A stretch of 25,903 nucleotides of DNA from Candidatus Micrarchaeota archaeon (GTDB lineage Archaea > Micrarchaeota > Micrarchaeia > Norongarragalinales > SBBD01), in NCBI GenBank assembly GCA_043806595.1, contig JAZDGU010000039.1, positions 1 through 25,903 on the forward strand, written 5' to 3'. Shown here piece after piece: positions 24,604 to 25,903 of this stretch. Position 1 is the stretch's first letter. Each line of letters opens with the position of its first letter. The translations under genes and the position numbers were made by a program. Below the pieces are notes generated by a model. The model saw only the letters and a program-made list of their open reading frames with translations. It searched no databases and was not told where the DNA came from.

Positions 24604-25563
24604 TCAGCCGACAAGCGCGTTCTCCAGAATCGTTTGCACCCCAAGATACGACGCATAGAAAGCGACGAGGATGATGCCATCCTTCTGCGAAAGCGTGTTC
24701 TTTTCCCCCTTTCGCGAGAGAAGCCACAGAATGAGAAGCACGGCAAGGATGCTTGCAACGCCGCTGGTGATTGCAAGAAGCGGGTATTGCGGCTTGATGG
24801 GGCTGATTACAGCTATTACTCCCAACGTGAGCATGCAGTCGGCTAAAACGTTGCCGAAAATGTTGCCCAGGCCAAGCTCGCCGTGGTTTTGCTGGGACGC
24901 GCGGAACGCAACGCTCAATTCCGGCAGGCAAGTGCCGATGGCTAGCACCATTCCGATGAACATCAGCGGAAGCGAAAGAGCCAAGCTCAGCTCGTGCGAC
25001 GCGTCGGTGATGATTTTCCCCGAGCCGAGCAATATCACCAGGCTGACGGCCAAGACCGCCACCTCCTTCAATATGTAGCGCCAGTTCCTTGCCTTCTTTT
25101 CCTTCGCCGGATGAGCCGGTCTCTGGCTTAGGAATATTGCCACGTACGCGGCAAATGCCATAATGAGGATGAAGCCGTCGAATTGCGAAAGCCTGCCGTC
25201 CCAAAGCAATGCCATCGGCAGGGCAAGCGGTATCAGGAAGTACTTCATGTTCGCCAGCGTCTGCTTGTGCAGCTTGATGCCTCCCGCGGTCAGCGCGATA
25301 ACCCCGACTATGAGCGTCAAGTCCGCTACATTGGAGCCCAGCACTATGCCAAGTCCGAACGACGACTCGCCAGCGAGTGCGGAGTTGATTCCAATGGAAA
25401 GCTCTGGAAAGATTGCGACTATTCCTACGACTAAGAAGCTAATGGCAAACTCTGTCACCTCGAAGTGCCTTGCGAGCCTGACAAGCCGTTTGATGGCTTC
25501 CTCCGAACTCTTGGTAAGAAAAAGGAATCCTATCGCGATTACCGCAAGCTGGAATAATACCAT
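24604..25563 (-). CDS. Cation:Ca2+ antiporter (CaCA, YrbG/NCX_Mj-like)
   Basis: Two alpha repeats (AIFPEL...GSNVAD; GTCLPEL...GNIFGNVLAD), about 10 TMs. Confidence 0.9.
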   Translation of the reverse strand: MVLFQLAVIAIGFLFLTKSSEEAIKRLVRLARHFEVTEFAISFLVVGIVAIFPELSIGINSALAGESSFGLGIVLGSNVADLTLIVGVIALTAGGIKLHKQTLANMKYFLIPLALPMALLWDGRLSQFDGFILIMAFAAYVAIFLSQRPAHPAKEKKARNWRYILKEVAVLAVSLVILLGSGKIITDASHELSLALSLPLMFIGMVLAIGTCLPELSVAFRASQQNHGELGLGNIFGNVLADCMLTLGVIAVISPIKPQYPLLAITSGVASILAVLLILWLLSRKGEKNTLSQKDGIILVAFYASYLGVQTILENALVG

Positions 25564-25635
25564 AAAGCAATCTCACGCTGAATCTGTGGGGCTAATACCA
25601 ACATGCGATGACGGTTTAAAACTATTCCTAAGATG

Positions 25636-25703
25636 ACCCGCCTATTACGCGCGCATTTTGAGCGAGATTTTACGGTAAATGATTTCGTAGCTATTAGGCG
25701 GGT
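25636..25703. repeat. Imperfect inverted repeat / long hairpin
   Basis: ACCCGCCTATTA pairs with TATTAGGCGGGT (11/12); inner GCGAGAT/ATTTCGT and TTTA/TAAA stems. Confidence 0.55.
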
Positions 25704-25844
25704 TGGGTTGCCTCTTAAATTTTCTCGCGCAAACGGCGTTTTTCATATCTGTAACTCGACTGGGAACTGTCCGAAAGACTACTGATTTTTTTAGGGCAGG
25801 CGCCCCTTTGACTGATTAACCCATCTTTCAAAGAGGTGTCCGCT

Positions 25845-25903
25845 ATGGAAGCCTGCCCTAAATGCCCGAACTGTCGTTCGGAACGAACCGTGCGAAACGG
25901 TTC
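25845..25903 (+). CDS. 5' fragment of a zinc-ribbon protein, probably an IS transposase (IS1/IS6/IS1595-like N-terminus); runs off the right edge
   Basis: GAGGTG SD then MEACPKCPNCRSERTVRNG; CPxCxS...V(K/R)NG is the typical InsA-like zinc ribbon. Only 19 codons are visible. Confidence 0.55.
   Translation, partial: MEACPKCPNCRSERTVRNG

Noticed and set aside
23392..24751. Direct repeats as a CRISPR array
   Set aside because: Spacing is 640-700 bp, only two full copies, and no cas genes.
25564..25622. Fluoride or other riboswitch upstream of the antiporter
   Set aside because: No recognisable consensus on the minus strand, and the leader after the TATA is very short.
157..25636. Many long overlapping or antisense ORFs in the six-frame track (e.g. 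1689-3335, 7304-8593, 15641-17011, 19371-20519)
   Set aside because: Shadow frames of GC3-rich genes: Arg/Ala/Gly/Pro-rich, no motifs, fully overlapping well-supported CDSs.
25633..25707. Integron attC site (GTTGGGT follows the hairpin)
   Set aside because: No matching RYYYAAC on the left arm and no integron integrase in the window.
1..25903. tRNA or rRNA genes
   Set aside because: No cloverleaf or rRNA-like tract seen; GGTTCGA at about 10127 lacks tRNA context.

Overview
GC-rich, gene-dense archaeal chromosomal segment. Archaeal origin is indicated by deoxyhypusine synthase, a box C/D sRNA, TATA-box promoters and short or leaderless 5' ends; a DPANN/Micrarchaeota-like origin is inferred, not proven. 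Left to right: a minus-strand glycan-modification cluster (FAD oxidoreductase, two SAM methyltransferases, GT-C glycosyltransferase); a VirB11/TadA/FlaI-family secretion ATPase interrupted by two Ser-initiated LAGLIDADG inteins; a membrane-anchored Ig-like protein; rad50; deoxyhypusine synthase; an AttH/tocopherol-cyclase-like protein; an unannotated box C/D sRNA predicted to guide 23S A-loop Um2552; a secreted beta-propeller protein; a GT2, a phosphohexomutase and a rhomboid protease; a membrane-tethered ArsR-type regulator with palindromic operators; a Zot-like ATPase; a RelE toxin-antitoxin pair between 33-bp direct repeats; and an AT-richer right end with a minimal K+ channel, a CaCA antiporter and the start of a probable transposase. 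Best candidate for a new system: the membrane-tethered wHTH regulator beside a rhomboid, whose 24-bp operator recurs, at the same 10-nt spacing from a TATA box, upstream of the beta-propeller gene.
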